In this document: positions 45,118 through 54,542 of the stretch, one piece after another
How the letters are laid out: each line of letters starts with the position of its first letter
Numbering within the stretch: the stretch's first letter is position 1
Assembly: GCA_038894495.1 (NCBI GenBank)
Contig: JAWAPI010000001.1
Span: forward strand, 13,796 to 77,795
Source of the DNA: Desulfurococcaceae archaeon
GTDB lineage: Archaea > Thermoproteota > Thermoprotei_A > Sulfolobales > Desulfurococcaceae
Reading direction: 5' to 3'
Length of the DNA: 64,000 bases
Made by a program: the position numbers and the translations under genes
Notes under the pieces: generated by a model
The model's input: the letters and a program-made list of their open reading frames with translations, nothing else
The model's database searches: none
What the model was told of the DNA's origin: nothing

Positions 45118-45355
45118 TGCTCATTAGTTAAATTTTTTATAGCTAGTATCCAGCCTGATCTCTACACGTAGTAATAAGTCTCAAATAAATGGGGATTAGC
45201 AGTTATATAGCGTTTAAGTGATCATAAGTCCTGAAGCACTATACTAGCTTCTTGTAACTAGTTAACACGTGGTAAACACCACGCCTTGCTCTAATAGTAT
45301 TGAAGAATTTGAAATATAACTCAGTAGCCATTGTTTTTAAACTTTAAAAATAAGC

Positions 45356-46444
45356 ATGGATGATTTTTATTTGCGGGGTATTGAAATGGGGTTAGCATCT
45401 TTTATAGCGCGAAGGTTACTGACCTTTATACCCACGCTTATAGGAGTATTGTTAATAACATACTTAATAGCATACGTTATTCCAGCAGATCCTGTAAGAG
45501 CATGGGTAGGAGAGAAACTCCTAAACCCACAAACACTGGAGCAGATCAGAGTAAAATACAAGTTCAATGCACCTTGGTACGAGCAGTTTATATTTTTTAT
45601 CCATCAATTACTCACAGGCCAGTTAGAAGACCCTATTAGATTTAGAAATGTCTTTGCTGAATTAACATCGAGATTTGCTATTACAGTTGAGCTAGCTATA
45701 GTTGGATTCGTTTTTCTCGTTTTGATTGGTTTACCCCTAGGAATAGTAGCTGCTATTAAAAAAGACACATGGGTTGACTTTGTTGTCAGAATACTTGCTC
45801 TCATAGGTGGTTCCCTGCCATCTTTCGTTTTATACTACTTTCTTATTCTAGCATTCTATGTCTACTTTAAAACAACTTATTTAGCGGGTATCCCGATGTA
45901 CTCAGATCAGTGTGCGATGTTTTTACAATCACTGCCTGAATCTATACCAGTTTTAGGTAACGTAGTAGCAGCTGTGGGAACAGTGCCAATGTTTGGAGCA
46001 GTGTTTTGCGGAGAATGGAGTATTGTTACTGAGACGTTTAAACGCTTGTACCTACCGGGACTAGCACTTGGATTACTAAATGGTGGATTCATAGCTAGAA
46101 TTGTTAGAAATAGTTTACTCGATGCTCTAAGCGCGGAGTATGTTCTATATGCGAAAGCCCGTGGATTGAGAAAACTAGCAGTATGGAAACATGCATTGAA
46201 GAACGCCATGATACCTGTTGTTACTGTGCTAGGACTTAACTTTGGTGGCTTATTATCAGGTGCAATAATTGCTGAGACGGTGTTTAATATACCTGGTATG
46301 GGTAGATACATGTATAGTGCTATTACAAGACTTAACTTCCCTGTAATCATTGCATGCACATTCGTAGTTGCACTAATTTATATAATTGTCAACCTACTAG
46401 TGGATGTATTCTACGCCATTATAGATCCAAGGATAAGATACTAG
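45356..46444 (+). CDS. ABC transporter permease (DppB/OppB-like)
   Basis: FIARRLLTFIPTLIGVLLITY start, typical of DppB/OppB, and an EAA-like loop YVLYAKARGL. The likely start is the internal Met at 45386. Confidence 0.9.
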   Translation: MDDFYLRGIEMGLASFIARRLLTFIPTLIGVLLITYLIAYVIPADPVRAWVGEKLLNPQTLEQIRVKYKFNAPWYEQFIFFIHQLLTGQLEDPIRFRNVFAELTSRFAITVELAIVGFVFLVLIGLPLGIVAAIKKDTWVDFVVRILALIGGSLPSFVLYYFLILAFYVYFKTTYLAGIPMYSDQCAMFLQSLPESIPVLGNVVAAVGTVPMFGAVFCGEWSIVTETFKRLYLPGLALGLLNGGFIARIVRNSLLDALSAEYVLYAKARGLRKLAVWKHALKNAMIPVVTVLGLNFGGLLSGAIIAETVFNIPGMGRYMYSAITRLNFPVIIACTFVVALIYIIVNLLVDVFYAIIDPRIRY

Positions 46445-46454
46445 GTGATCTTCC

Positions 46455-47546
46455 ATGGAATTAGTATATAATGTTCTAAAAAAGATCATATGGTTCTACG
46501 CAAATACAAGAGAAAGAGCCTCACCGGGCTGGATTAATAAAAATACATCGAGAATAAAAGAATGGGAGTTAATGGCCTACGCGTTTAGTAGATCTAAGAT
46601 CGGTGTTTTAGGGGGTATCATAGTCTTCGTTAACTTGATCTTAGCAATTATTGGTCCATTTATTGCATGGGAGCCTTATTGGGAGTATCCCGTTGTTTAC
46701 AATACTAGTCTTAAGCATCTTCCACCATGTATACCACCATCGTGCAATGGATATCCATTGCTAGGAACAGATAGTTGGGGTAGAGATCTACTAGCGATGT
46801 CTCTATATGGATTTAGAATATCATTTGTAATATCGATAGTGGTAGTGATTCTCGGAGCTCCACTAGGTATAATACTAGGTCTAATAGCGGGGTATAAGGG
46901 AGGCGTCGTAGACGAGGTCATAATGAGAATTACAGATATCTTCCTCGCGTTTCCAGGGCTAGTTCTTGCAATAGCGTTTGCATCAGTCTTACCTCAGAGG
47001 ATAAGAGGGGTTTTAGGTGAAAACCAGGTTCTAAGAGTAGTATTTTCAAGTTTATTTGGACTTAGAGAGCAAGAGTATGGACAACTAGCTTCGTTGTTAT
47101 CAATATGGTTCGCCATGGTCATAGTATGGTGGCCTGGGTACGCACGTATTATAAGAGGAAGCACACTATCTGTTAGAGAAATGCCTTTTATAGAGGCTGC
47201 GAAGCTTTCTGGGCTATCTACTTGGAGTATCTTATTTAAGCATATATTACCAAATGTATTGTCTCCCGTGATCGTGATGATGACATTTGATATAGCAACA
47301 GCTACATTATTTGCTGCATCTCTTTCATTTCTTGGTCTAGGCCCACAAGAACCCGTGCCAGAACTAGGATTTATGATATCTAAGGCAGGTGACTTCTTCC
47401 CAGAACAAAGCTCACATATAGTTGTATATCTAGGGATCCTTTTGTTATTAATAGCACTTGGATGGAACCTTCTAGGAGATGCAGTAAGAGACATACTAGA
47501 TCCAAGGACGAGAAGAGCTATAGAATATAAGAAGAAGGAGAGGTGA
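46455..47546 (+). CDS. ABC transporter permease (DppC/OppC-like)
   Basis: GTDSWGRDLL motif, FIEAAKLSGLS EAA loop. SD-like AGGTGATC lies upstream. Confidence 0.9.
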   Translation: MELVYNVLKKIIWFYANTRERASPGWINKNTSRIKEWELMAYAFSRSKIGVLGGIIVFVNLILAIIGPFIAWEPYWEYPVVYNTSLKHLPPCIPPSCNGYPLLGTDSWGRDLLAMSLYGFRISFVISIVVVILGAPLGIILGLIAGYKGGVVDEVIMRITDIFLAFPGLVLAIAFASVLPQRIRGVLGENQVLRVVFSSLFGLREQEYGQLASLLSIWFAMVIVWWPGYARIIRGSTLSVREMPFIEAAKLSGLSTWSILFKHILPNVLSPVIVMMTFDIATATLFAASLSFLGLGPQEPVPELGFMISKAGDFFPEQSSHIVVYLGILLLLIALGWNLLGDAVRDILDPRTRRAIEYKKKER

Positions 47547-48565
47547 GTATTTTGGGATACGAAGACATGAAAATAGGTGAAGATGAAATACTCCGAGTAT
47601 GGGATCTATCAGTTAAGTTCTATACATACGCGGGTGTTGTTCACGCAGTTTCTGATGTATCACTCCATGTCAAGGAAGCTGAAACAATAGCCCTTGTTGG
47701 CGAGACTGGATGTGGAAAAACAGTTACTACCAGAGCTATTACAAGACTTATTGAACCACCTGGTAGAATAGAGCATGGAAGGGCGTTATTCAGGAAGAGG
47801 AATGGATCTGTTGTTGACTTGTTAAAAATCGATGAGGAAGAACTAAGAGAGATCCGAGGTAATGAGATATCATATGTATTCCAAGATCCAACCTCTGCTC
47901 TAGATCCCCTATATACTATTGGATATCATATCTATGAAACACTAAGTGCTCACACCGCAAAAGTAGATAAGTCAAAGGCATTAAAACATGCTGTAAATTT
48001 ACTAAGGCAAGTACTAATACCAAGTCCCGAGGTAAGAGTCAAGAACTATCCACATGAAATGTCAGGTGGAATGAGGCAAAGAGGTGTGATAGCTATTAGT
48101 CTAACAAACTACCCACGTTTAATCATCGCTGATGAGCCCACAACGAATCTCGATGTAACTGTTCAAGCCCAGATCCTTGACTTATTGAAAAAACTACAGA
48201 AGGAACTAAAACTAGGCCTTATATTGATTACTCATAATCTTGGTATAGTCGCGGAGATCTCAGATAGAGTATATGTAATGTATGCAGGAAAAGTAGTTGA
48301 AGAGGGCAAGGTAGAGAGCATATTTTATAATCCTCAACATCCATATACTAAGTTACTACTAAGAGCTGTGCCTAACCCTACTAAAAGACTTGAAAAACTA
48401 GAGTCTATACCTGGAGTTGTTCCATCATTAATTAACCCACCTCCAGGATGTAGATTCCAACCTAGATGCCCCTTCGCAATCGATATATGCACTAAGCAGG
48501 AGCCCCCGAGATCTGAGATTGAGGATCAACATGCGGTATATTGCTGGCTCTTACAGAAGACATAG
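47543..48565 (+). CDS. ABC transporter ATP-binding protein (DppD/OppD-like)
   Basis: GETGCGKT, MSGGMRQR, IIADEPTTNLD, C-terminal oligopeptide-type CRFQPRCPF. Confidence 0.9.
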   Translation: MSILGYEDMKIGEDEILRVWDLSVKFYTYAGVVHAVSDVSLHVKEAETIALVGETGCGKTVTTRAITRLIEPPGRIEHGRALFRKRNGSVVDLLKIDEEELREIRGNEISYVFQDPTSALDPLYTIGYHIYETLSAHTAKVDKSKALKHAVNLLRQVLIPSPEVRVKNYPHEMSGGMRQRGVIAISLTNYPRLIIADEPTTNLDVTVQAQILDLLKKLQKELKLGLILITHNLGIVAEISDRVYVMYAGKVVEEGKVESIFYNPQHPYTKLLLRAVPNPTKRLEKLESIPGVVPSLINPPPGCRFQPRCPFAIDICTKQEPPRSEIEDQHAVYCWLLQKT

Positions 48566-49543
48566 GTGATCAGGATGAGCTCAGATACTTTGTTAGAAAC
48601 TATTAATATAAGAAAATACTTTAGAGTTAGAGGATCCTTGACAAAGAAGGTTAAAGCAGTTGATGGGGTGTCATTAAAGATTAAAAGAGGTGAAACACTG
48701 GGAGTTGTTGGGGAGAGTGGCTGTGGAAAGACAACTCTTGGTAGACTTGTTTTAAAACTAATTAATCCAACGAGTGGAGATATATTATTTGAGAATGTAA
48801 ATGTTACTAGAGTTAAAGGGAAAAAACTAAGGGAGTACTGGAGAAATGCACAGATGGTTTTCCAAGATCCCCATACAAGCTTAGATCCTAGGATGACCAT
48901 TGCAAGTATACTACTAGAGCCTATTAGACACTATGGGATTAATGTTGGAAATGAGGAAGATTTCTTGGTTAAGCAAATGGAGCTAGTTGGCCTAAGCAGA
49001 GAGCATCTATATAGATATCCCCACGAGCTCTCAGGAGGTCAAAAACAAAGAGTAGCTATTCTCAGGGCAATAATAACTAGACCTAAGTTCATTGTGTTAG
49101 ATGAACCAACATCATCACTAGATGTATCTGTGCAAGCACAGATCCTTGAATTACTAAAAGACTTGCAAAGAAAGTTCAACCTAACATATATGTTTATATC
49201 TCATGATATATCCGTAGTCAAGTATATGAGTAATAGAATGGTGGTAATGTATCTTGGAAAGATAGTTGAGGTAGGGCAATCAGACGAATTATTTGAAAAC
49301 CCATATCATCCATACGCTAAGCTACTGCTATCATCTGTTCCAATACCGGATCCTAAAATAGCTAGAAATATGCCAAGAAATATAATCAAAGGGGAGCCCC
49401 CATCCCCGATAAACCCGCCAAGAGGTTGTAGATTCCATCCAAGATGCCCACACGTCTTAGATATATGTAGTAATCAAGAACCACCAGGTGTCGAAATCAA
49501 TAATAACCGCGTAGTGTATTGCTGGCTGTATGCTAAGAGATAA
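48566..49543 (+). CDS. ABC transporter ATP-binding protein (DppF/OppF-like)
   Basis: GESGCGKTT, LSGGQKQR, IVLDEPTSSLD, CRFHPRCPH. The true start is probably ATG 48575, because GTG 48566 lies inside the SD-like AGGTGATCAGG. Confidence 0.9.
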   Translation: MIRMSSDTLLETINIRKYFRVRGSLTKKVKAVDGVSLKIKRGETLGVVGESGCGKTTLGRLVLKLINPTSGDILFENVNVTRVKGKKLREYWRNAQMVFQDPHTSLDPRMTIASILLEPIRHYGINVGNEEDFLVKQMELVGLSREHLYRYPHELSGGQKQRVAILRAIITRPKFIVLDEPTSSLDVSVQAQILELLKDLQRKFNLTYMFISHDISVVKYMSNRMVVMYLGKIVEVGQSDELFENPYHPYAKLLLSSVPIPDPKIARNMPRNIIKGEPPSPINPPRGCRFHPRCPHVLDICSNQEPPGVEINNNRVVYCWLYAKR

Positions 49544-49583
49544 ACCCCCTTATCCTAGGTCACTATAATACTTCATAGATGAT

Positions 49584-52500
49584 TCACTGGATTTTTGATA
49601 ACTCTGCTAAGACAAGGTAAGCGATGTATAGTTTCCTAGCTTTCTCCTCGAGGTATTTTAGTATTAAATCTCGCTCCCTCTCGAGTACTTTCCTATGTTC
49701 TCTTATTTTTCTAAATACGTTGAGAATACTTGCATAGTTCACAGTCTCTGGGGTCTCCATGGTCAAGGCAATTTCATCTGCGCTTGCAGACTTTAACCTA
49801 GATCTCTCTATTAAGCTGGATACATCGTAGATATCTCTCTTCCTACTCTCGAGGTATGATACTAGTCTCCTTAGATTAGCTTGTTTCACCTGGGAGATAG
49901 TTGTATCCCAGTTCTCCACTATTAACTTATAGTCCTCGTAGAATACTTTATCTAGTAATTGGTTTTCTACTTCTAGTAGTCTAGCTGGTGGTTTAACCAG
50001 CGGCAGAGGTGGATACAATTCTACTTGGCCATGGAATTTCTCTCCATCATAAAATCCATGTGCTGTTAAAAGAGAAGGAGTCAAGGATTCCTCGTCGAGG
50101 GTTTCGCTTATAACGACATATGATAATATTTTAAGACCTGGGCTCGGTCTCGGTATTAGTATTTCTTTGCCTTTTATAAACGCTTTGATTCTATCTCGTG
50201 CTAGTATATAGTCTACTACTCTAAGAGCGGTCTCTCTTACCAGGTCCCAGTTGAATTCAATTGTAATAAGAGTTGAATAGGCGAGATCATCGATCTCAGA
50301 TATGATGATCCTGTCGAGATCGCCGGGTCTATGACTCTCAATAAATCTTCGTACTTGTAGCCAATTCATCTTATCGAGGATTCCAGCTGATTCGGGCTCG
50401 TGGAGTGCAAAGTACTTGTATTCACCTAATTTAACAACATCGTAGAGTATAGTGTGTAATGGTAAGTTAAGATATCTTCTAAGCAATATAATTACATATG
50501 ACAAGGCAAGCCTAATAAGCTCTATGTTTTCACGAGGATCAATTGAGTAAACGTATCCATATGTAAAATCACGATATTCACCACCTGTGGGTGTTGGAAC
50601 ATAAATTGTCTTCTTATCGTAGTACACAATAGGCTCTCCATTAACTAGTATGAATCTTGGTTTATCTGAGCGAAGAGTCCATATACATCTCTCGGGTATT
50701 TTAATGTATTTTCCAAATCCATTTCGAGGAGTGTAAACGACACAGAGCTCCTCGCTAGTTATCTTACCTGATAACAAGTCCTTGATTATACTAGGTGTTT
50801 CGTTCCATCTTAGCTTAATGTATCTATATTCCTCGAGCGCTATTGAGAGCGCATCGTTCGTCTTGAAATCGATCTCGCGAATTAGTTTCTCGATCACAGC
50901 TCTAACGAACCTTGTTGATTTACCATATTCAAGTGATATTACCATAGCCTCCTCTCCATAGTCAATACAACCTGGTTGGAATTTCTCAACTAAGTCAACG
51001 TGGCCTATTGGCTCTAGTGGAATTAATTTGCCATCTCTTTCAAGGTATCTCTTTATCCCGTATGGTGGAGCGTATTCATAGAAGTTTATTTTCTCATATA
51101 CTTCTCGGAGCTTTATAAGATCTACCTTGTTGTCTTCTCCTAGAATACCAGCTTTTCTAACTGCCTCGGTCTCCGGTGGAGTTAGGTCCTGCTTGAACCA
51201 GGGTGAGATCAATTTGACGACTCCGGTGAATAAATGAATATATAGATTATCAGGGTTTACAATTGTTCTCTCTAGTCCAAGTCCTAGCCATTCCTTGAAG
51301 ACCTCTAATCCACTACTTAATAGCTCTTTATCCCATCTTGAATACGGAATTATAATGGTCTCTGAGAATAAGAGCTCTCGTCTCCTTCCTTTTCTCCCCT
51401 CTCTTTGATGGAATTCTCTTACATTATCTGGGAGACCTAGGTGGATAATTCTGGCTACAAGTCCAATGTCCATACCTTGGGATAGTGTTCGCGGGGATAT
51501 AATCACTTTGATATCGCCTCGCCTTGCTTTCTCCTCAACTTCCTCTCTAGTTTTCTTGGAGACGAGATGGTGGTGTGTAGCTACAGGGGTGTTCTCGCCG
51601 TATTTTTGTTTAATAGACTTTGCAACTTCCTCAGCTGTGTTAATGCTTCTAGTGAAAACAATCGTTACATATTTGTCTCTAAAATACTCGCTGATAATCT
51701 CCATGGGATCAACTGCTATGCTTGGGACACTATAACCAAGGCTCTCAAGTATAGATAGTATTTTATAAGCGTTTTTCTTGAATTCCTCGATGTTGAATAT
51801 AGCTTGTGAGAATGACTTTAGATCAGGGTGTTTTTTAACTATATTACTCCACTGTTCACTTATTTCTCTCCAGATGTTTTCGAGGTTTTTACCTAGTATT
51901 ATATACGTGGAGTTCTCTACTTTGAATGGCTCTCCTTCTATCACTTTACACTCTCTGCTTGTTGTGTCCTCTAGGAATTTACATAGATCAAGGGGATTAG
52001 CAATACCAGCTGATAAAATAGCAACTTGTAGCTTTTCCTCGGTGGTTTTTGATAGAAGCGATATAGTTGCTAGTAATAGTGCGAGACTCCGCGGTGTATA
52101 GAAGTCTAGTTCATCAATTACGAGGAGTTTTAATCTACTGTATAGAGGAGCGAGAAGAGCGCTAGGCTTATTAATAAAGTATTTTTTTAAGTCGTGTAGA
52201 AGAAAAGCGGGATTTGTTATGATCAGGTTTGATGTTGCGATCAACGTTCTCAACGCGCTTAGACCTGTCTTCTTAACTAGCTCTTCTTTTTTAACACTAT
52301 CTAGTTGTATAAGGGATTTATTGAGTAAGCCAAGGTATTTTTCGAGTCTTTTAACCTGATCATTTGCGAGAGCTAGAGTTGGGTATACTGCTATAGTGTA
52401 GATTTTATTACTCTTCTTTAACTCGCTGAGTAAATATAATACCCATGCCTCTGTCTTACCACTACCAGTGCCAGCTCGTAGAACTATATTTGATCCACTT

Positions 52501-52688
52501 GATAGCGCCTTGAAAGCTTCATGCTGGTGTTGATATAGGTATGATTCACCTATCTCTATTGTGGAGAACTCCTCGATAATATCTTTAAATTTAAAATGCG
52601 AGTATCTAGGCTCTGACGCTGGTTCAACTATTTTGATATAGCTATATCCCTTACTACTTAGTAGATTCTCACTGTTAACTCTGAGCAT
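49584..52688 (-). CDS. large SF2 helicase, COG1205 (YprA/MrfA-like) type, with a long uncharacterised C-terminal region
   Basis: Motifs: AGTGSGKTEAW (I), VYPTLALANDQ (Ia), ITNPAFLLHDL (Ib), LVIDELDFY (II, DELD), LSAGIANP (III), HQREGRKGRR (VI). The post-helicase FQPGCIDYGEEAMVISLEY resembles the MrfA hPGA.Y.hqG segment. There is no Cys4 cluster. Confidence 0.8.
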   Translation of the reverse strand: MLRVNSENLLSSKGYSYIKIVEPASEPRYSHFKFKDIIEEFSTIEIGESYLYQHQHEAFKALSSGSNIVLRAGTGSGKTEAWVLYLLSELKKSNKIYTIAVYPTLALANDQVKRLEKYLGLLNKSLIQLDSVKKEELVKKTGLSALRTLIATSNLIITNPAFLLHDLKKYFINKPSALLAPLYSRLKLLVIDELDFYTPRSLALLLATISLLSKTTEEKLQVAILSAGIANPLDLCKFLEDTTSRECKVIEGEPFKVENSTYIILGKNLENIWREISEQWSNIVKKHPDLKSFSQAIFNIEEFKKNAYKILSILESLGYSVPSIAVDPMEIISEYFRDKYVTIVFTRSINTAEEVAKSIKQKYGENTPVATHHHLVSKKTREEVEEKARRGDIKVIISPRTLSQGMDIGLVARIIHLGLPDNVREFHQREGRKGRRRELLFSETIIIPYSRWDKELLSSGLEVFKEWLGLGLERTIVNPDNLYIHLFTGVVKLISPWFKQDLTPPETEAVRKAGILGEDNKVDLIKLREVYEKINFYEYAPPYGIKRYLERDGKLIPLEPIGHVDLVEKFQPGCIDYGEEAMVISLEYGKSTRFVRAVIEKLIREIDFKTNDALSIALEEYRYIKLRWNETPSIIKDLLSGKITSEELCVVYTPRNGFGKYIKIPERCIWTLRSDKPRFILVNGEPIVYYDKKTIYVPTPTGGEYRDFTYGYVYSIDPRENIELIRLALSYVIILLRRYLNLPLHTILYDVVKLGEYKYFALHEPESAGILDKMNWLQVRRFIESHRPGDLDRIIISEIDDLAYSTLITIEFNWDLVRETALRVVDYILARDRIKAFIKGKEILIPRPSPGLKILSYVVISETLDEESLTPSLLTAHGFYDGEKFHGQVELYPPLPLVKPPARLLEVENQLLDKVFYEDYKLIVENWDTTISQVKQANLRRLVSYLESRKRDIYDVSSLIERSRLKSASADEIALTMETPETVNYASILNVFRKIREHRKVLERERDLILKYLEEKARKLYIAYLVLAELSKIQ

Positions 52689-53002
52689 TCTATCTCCACT
52701 AATATATTAGTCTAGTAGGTATTTTCATAGTTTCAAGTCTTTCAGTCTTTTCTTACTGCTTTAATACACAGCAAAAAGCATGGACACCGAAACACTCCTA
52801 AAAATCATCACAAAACTCACAATCGGAACCGGGACATCCAGGGCAATAAGCTTCGGACACACAGTAATGTCAACACCAGCACCGGATCCTCCACGTGAAC
52901 CCCTATTTTCCAACAACACAGCGAAAAACCTAAAAACCCCACAAGCAAAGCACAATTACAGGAAGCAATAAGAAAAGACTAAAAGAGATAAAGAATGGAT
53001 AG

Positions 53003-53077
53003 CGGGCCCGCCGGGATTTGAACCCGGGTCCTCCGGCTCCGAAGGCCGGTGCCCTATCCTAGCTAGGCGACGGGCCC
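53003..53077 (-). tRNA. tRNA-Arg (UCG)
   Basis: GGGCCCG/CGGGCCC acceptor, anticodon stem CCGGC/GCCGG, loop CUUCGGA, T arm CCGGG-TTCAAAT-CCCGG. 75 nt, no intron. Confidence 0.9.
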
Positions 53078-53117
53078 TGTTCTAAGTGTATACTCTGGGA
53101 AAATGTGTTATTATTTT

Positions 53118-53729
53118 TCATTGTGTTGGTGTTGTCTTGTATAGGTATTCTTTGACTTTGTAGCCTTCTTTAGTAAATATCAATAAGTCTACTCCATCTC
53201 CTGATAATACATCTCTCTCGAATACTGTTTTAATAGCTTCTACAGCTAGTTTCTCAGCTTCTTCTATGCTCATGTCTTCTCGGTATCTTGGCTCGAGGTA
53301 TCCAAGTGCTAATTGCATTCCAGATCCAACAGCAGCGTATCTCTCCTCTATTAAGCTTCCTACCGGGTCCAGTATGTATATGAGAGGTCCTTCATCATCG
53401 TAGCCACCTATAATAATCTCCGTGAACATTGGAAACCACTTATGACTATATAGTATCACGGAGAGCACCTTACCTAGGCTCCTAGTTCTAATCTCCTTGT
53501 TGAACTCAAGCTCGTAGAACCTAGCCTCTGCCTTGAGTAACTTAACTAGGTAGCCTATATCCCCCATTAAACCCGCGAAGGCAACACCATTTCTACTCGT
53601 GACTGGGTAGACTTTTCTAGCTTGCTTACTGAGAACGTAGCCTCCATAGGAGAGCCTCTTATCACTAGCTAGTACAACACCATCTCTTGTTCTTATACCA
53701 ATAGCTGTTCCAGGTAAAATAGTACTCAT
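53118..53729 (-). CDS. psmB: proteasome beta subunit (paralogue 1)
   Basis: Short propeptide then TAIGIRTRDGVVLASDKR. Ntn-hydrolase beta-subunit pattern. Confidence 0.9.
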   Translation of the reverse strand: MSTILPGTAIGIRTRDGVVLASDKRLSYGGYVLSKQARKVYPVTSRNGVAFAGLMGDIGYLVKLLKAEARFYELEFNKEIRTRSLGKVLSVILYSHKWFPMFTEIIIGGYDDEGPLIYILDPVGSLIEERYAAVGSGMQLALGYLEPRYREDMSIEEAEKLAVEAIKTVFERDVLSGDGVDLLIFTKEGYKVKEYLYKTTPTQ

Positions 53730-53886
53730 CTACTATACACCATTTATTGTCTAATAGTACAAGTGTATACTTAGAAATAAATAGCTTAATAAACTAGGAT
53801 AAACACTTTCACCTATCCCCCACTCCCTAGTCGGCGAAAACATCACTATATATAGCCGGTGAGCAAAGGCAATACATGGTGAAATA

Positions 53887-54495
53887 GTGAATTGCAATGC
53901 CTGTGGAGGCCAGTTAATATGGGACTATGAAAACGGCGAAGTAGTATGCAACAAGTGCGGGCTAGTATATGAGAGACTATCAACACTCGAGCTAGTAGAA
54001 TATAGGAACAATAAAACTAGTGAAAAAGAGACACCTGTGGGACATTTAACTGAAAAACCCATAGTTTCAAGAGAATACAGGAAATTCATCAAGATATACA
54101 TGAAGTACCGTAAGATAACTAGAAGCAAGCCATGGCTTGAAATAGACTACTCGAAAATAAGTGATGAATATAAACTGGTAAAAACACTGAGATCTAGAGC
54201 CTCGATAAACGCTGTAAAGAACATCGAGGAGAATGGATACTGGGATCTAGTAAAAGAGGGTTTAAACTACATATCACTTGTAAACCCAGCATTCCTCGCT
54301 AGGAGCGAGCGTGGAAAATACGCACTAGCATACATCATAGCTGCTAGGCTAAGAACAGGAGTCTACCCAAGTAGAGACATTGTCAAGGAGGTATTCAATA
54401 TAAGTGATACTAGCTATAGAAGACTATGCATAGTTGCAAATAAACTAATACATCTCGAGAAGCAAGTAGAGCACGCGAGAATACTTCGCAGCTAG
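53887..54495 (+). CDS. TFIIB-type zinc-ribbon protein, truncated TFB paralogue (one cyclin-like repeat)
   Basis: CNACGGQLIWDYENGEVVCNKCGLVYE is a TFB/TFIIB Zn ribbon. The C-terminal YALAYIIAARLRTGVYPSRDIVKEVFNISDTSYRRLCIVANKL looks like a single cyclin-fold HTH. Only 202 aa. GTG start. Confidence 0.6.
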   Translation: MNCNACGGQLIWDYENGEVVCNKCGLVYERLSTLELVEYRNNKTSEKETPVGHLTEKPIVSREYRKFIKIYMKYRKITRSKPWLEIDYSKISDEYKLVKTLRSRASINAVKNIEENGYWDLVKEGLNYISLVNPAFLARSERGKYALAYIIAARLRTGVYPSRDIVKEVFNISDTSYRRLCIVANKLIHLEKQVEHARILRS

Positions 54496-54542
54496 TAACA
54501 AAGATAAAGTACATTGTTGTTTATGGGATATTAGGGTGCAAA

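Noticed and set aside
45255-45283. 10-bp palindrome TAACTAGTTA and adjacent hairpin CGTGGT-AAAC-ACCACG in the SBP-permease gap.
   Set aside because: AT-rich 10-bp palindromes and 6-bp stems are expected many times by chance in 64 kb. There is no repetition or positional logic.
52738-52815. Minus-strand GTGATGA (52811-52805) ... CTGA (52745-52742) with a 3-4-bp flanking stem. I considered a C/D sRNA upstream of the helicase.
   Set aside because: The boxes are 59 nt apart with no credible internal D'/C' boxes. The region overlaps the likely helicase promoter. A chance occurrence is plausible.
52848-52897. HindIII (AAGCTT), BamHI (GGATCC) and PmlI (CACGTG) sites within 50 bp. I considered cloning-vector or polylinker contamination.
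   Set aside because: There is no other vector-like sequence. The flanks are continuous with native genes (tRNA, helicase). Three 6-bp palindromes in 50 bp can occur by chance.
52884-52905. TCCACGTGAACCCC, resembling a crenarchaeal origin recognition box (TCCAnnnGAAAC type). I considered a replication origin.
   Set aside because: There is a single degenerate copy, with no inverted ORB pair, no AT-rich unwinding element between boxes, and no orc1/cdc6 gene nearby.
49584-53077. Integrated element hypothesis: a tRNA-Arg 3' flank followed by the odd spacer and a large helicase.
   Set aside because: There is no integrase or integrase fragment. No duplicated tRNA 3' segment (att repeat) occurs anywhere in the window; the similar tRNA-Arg(UCU) at 15496 differs in the T loop. 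The helicase's composition resembles the rest of the window.
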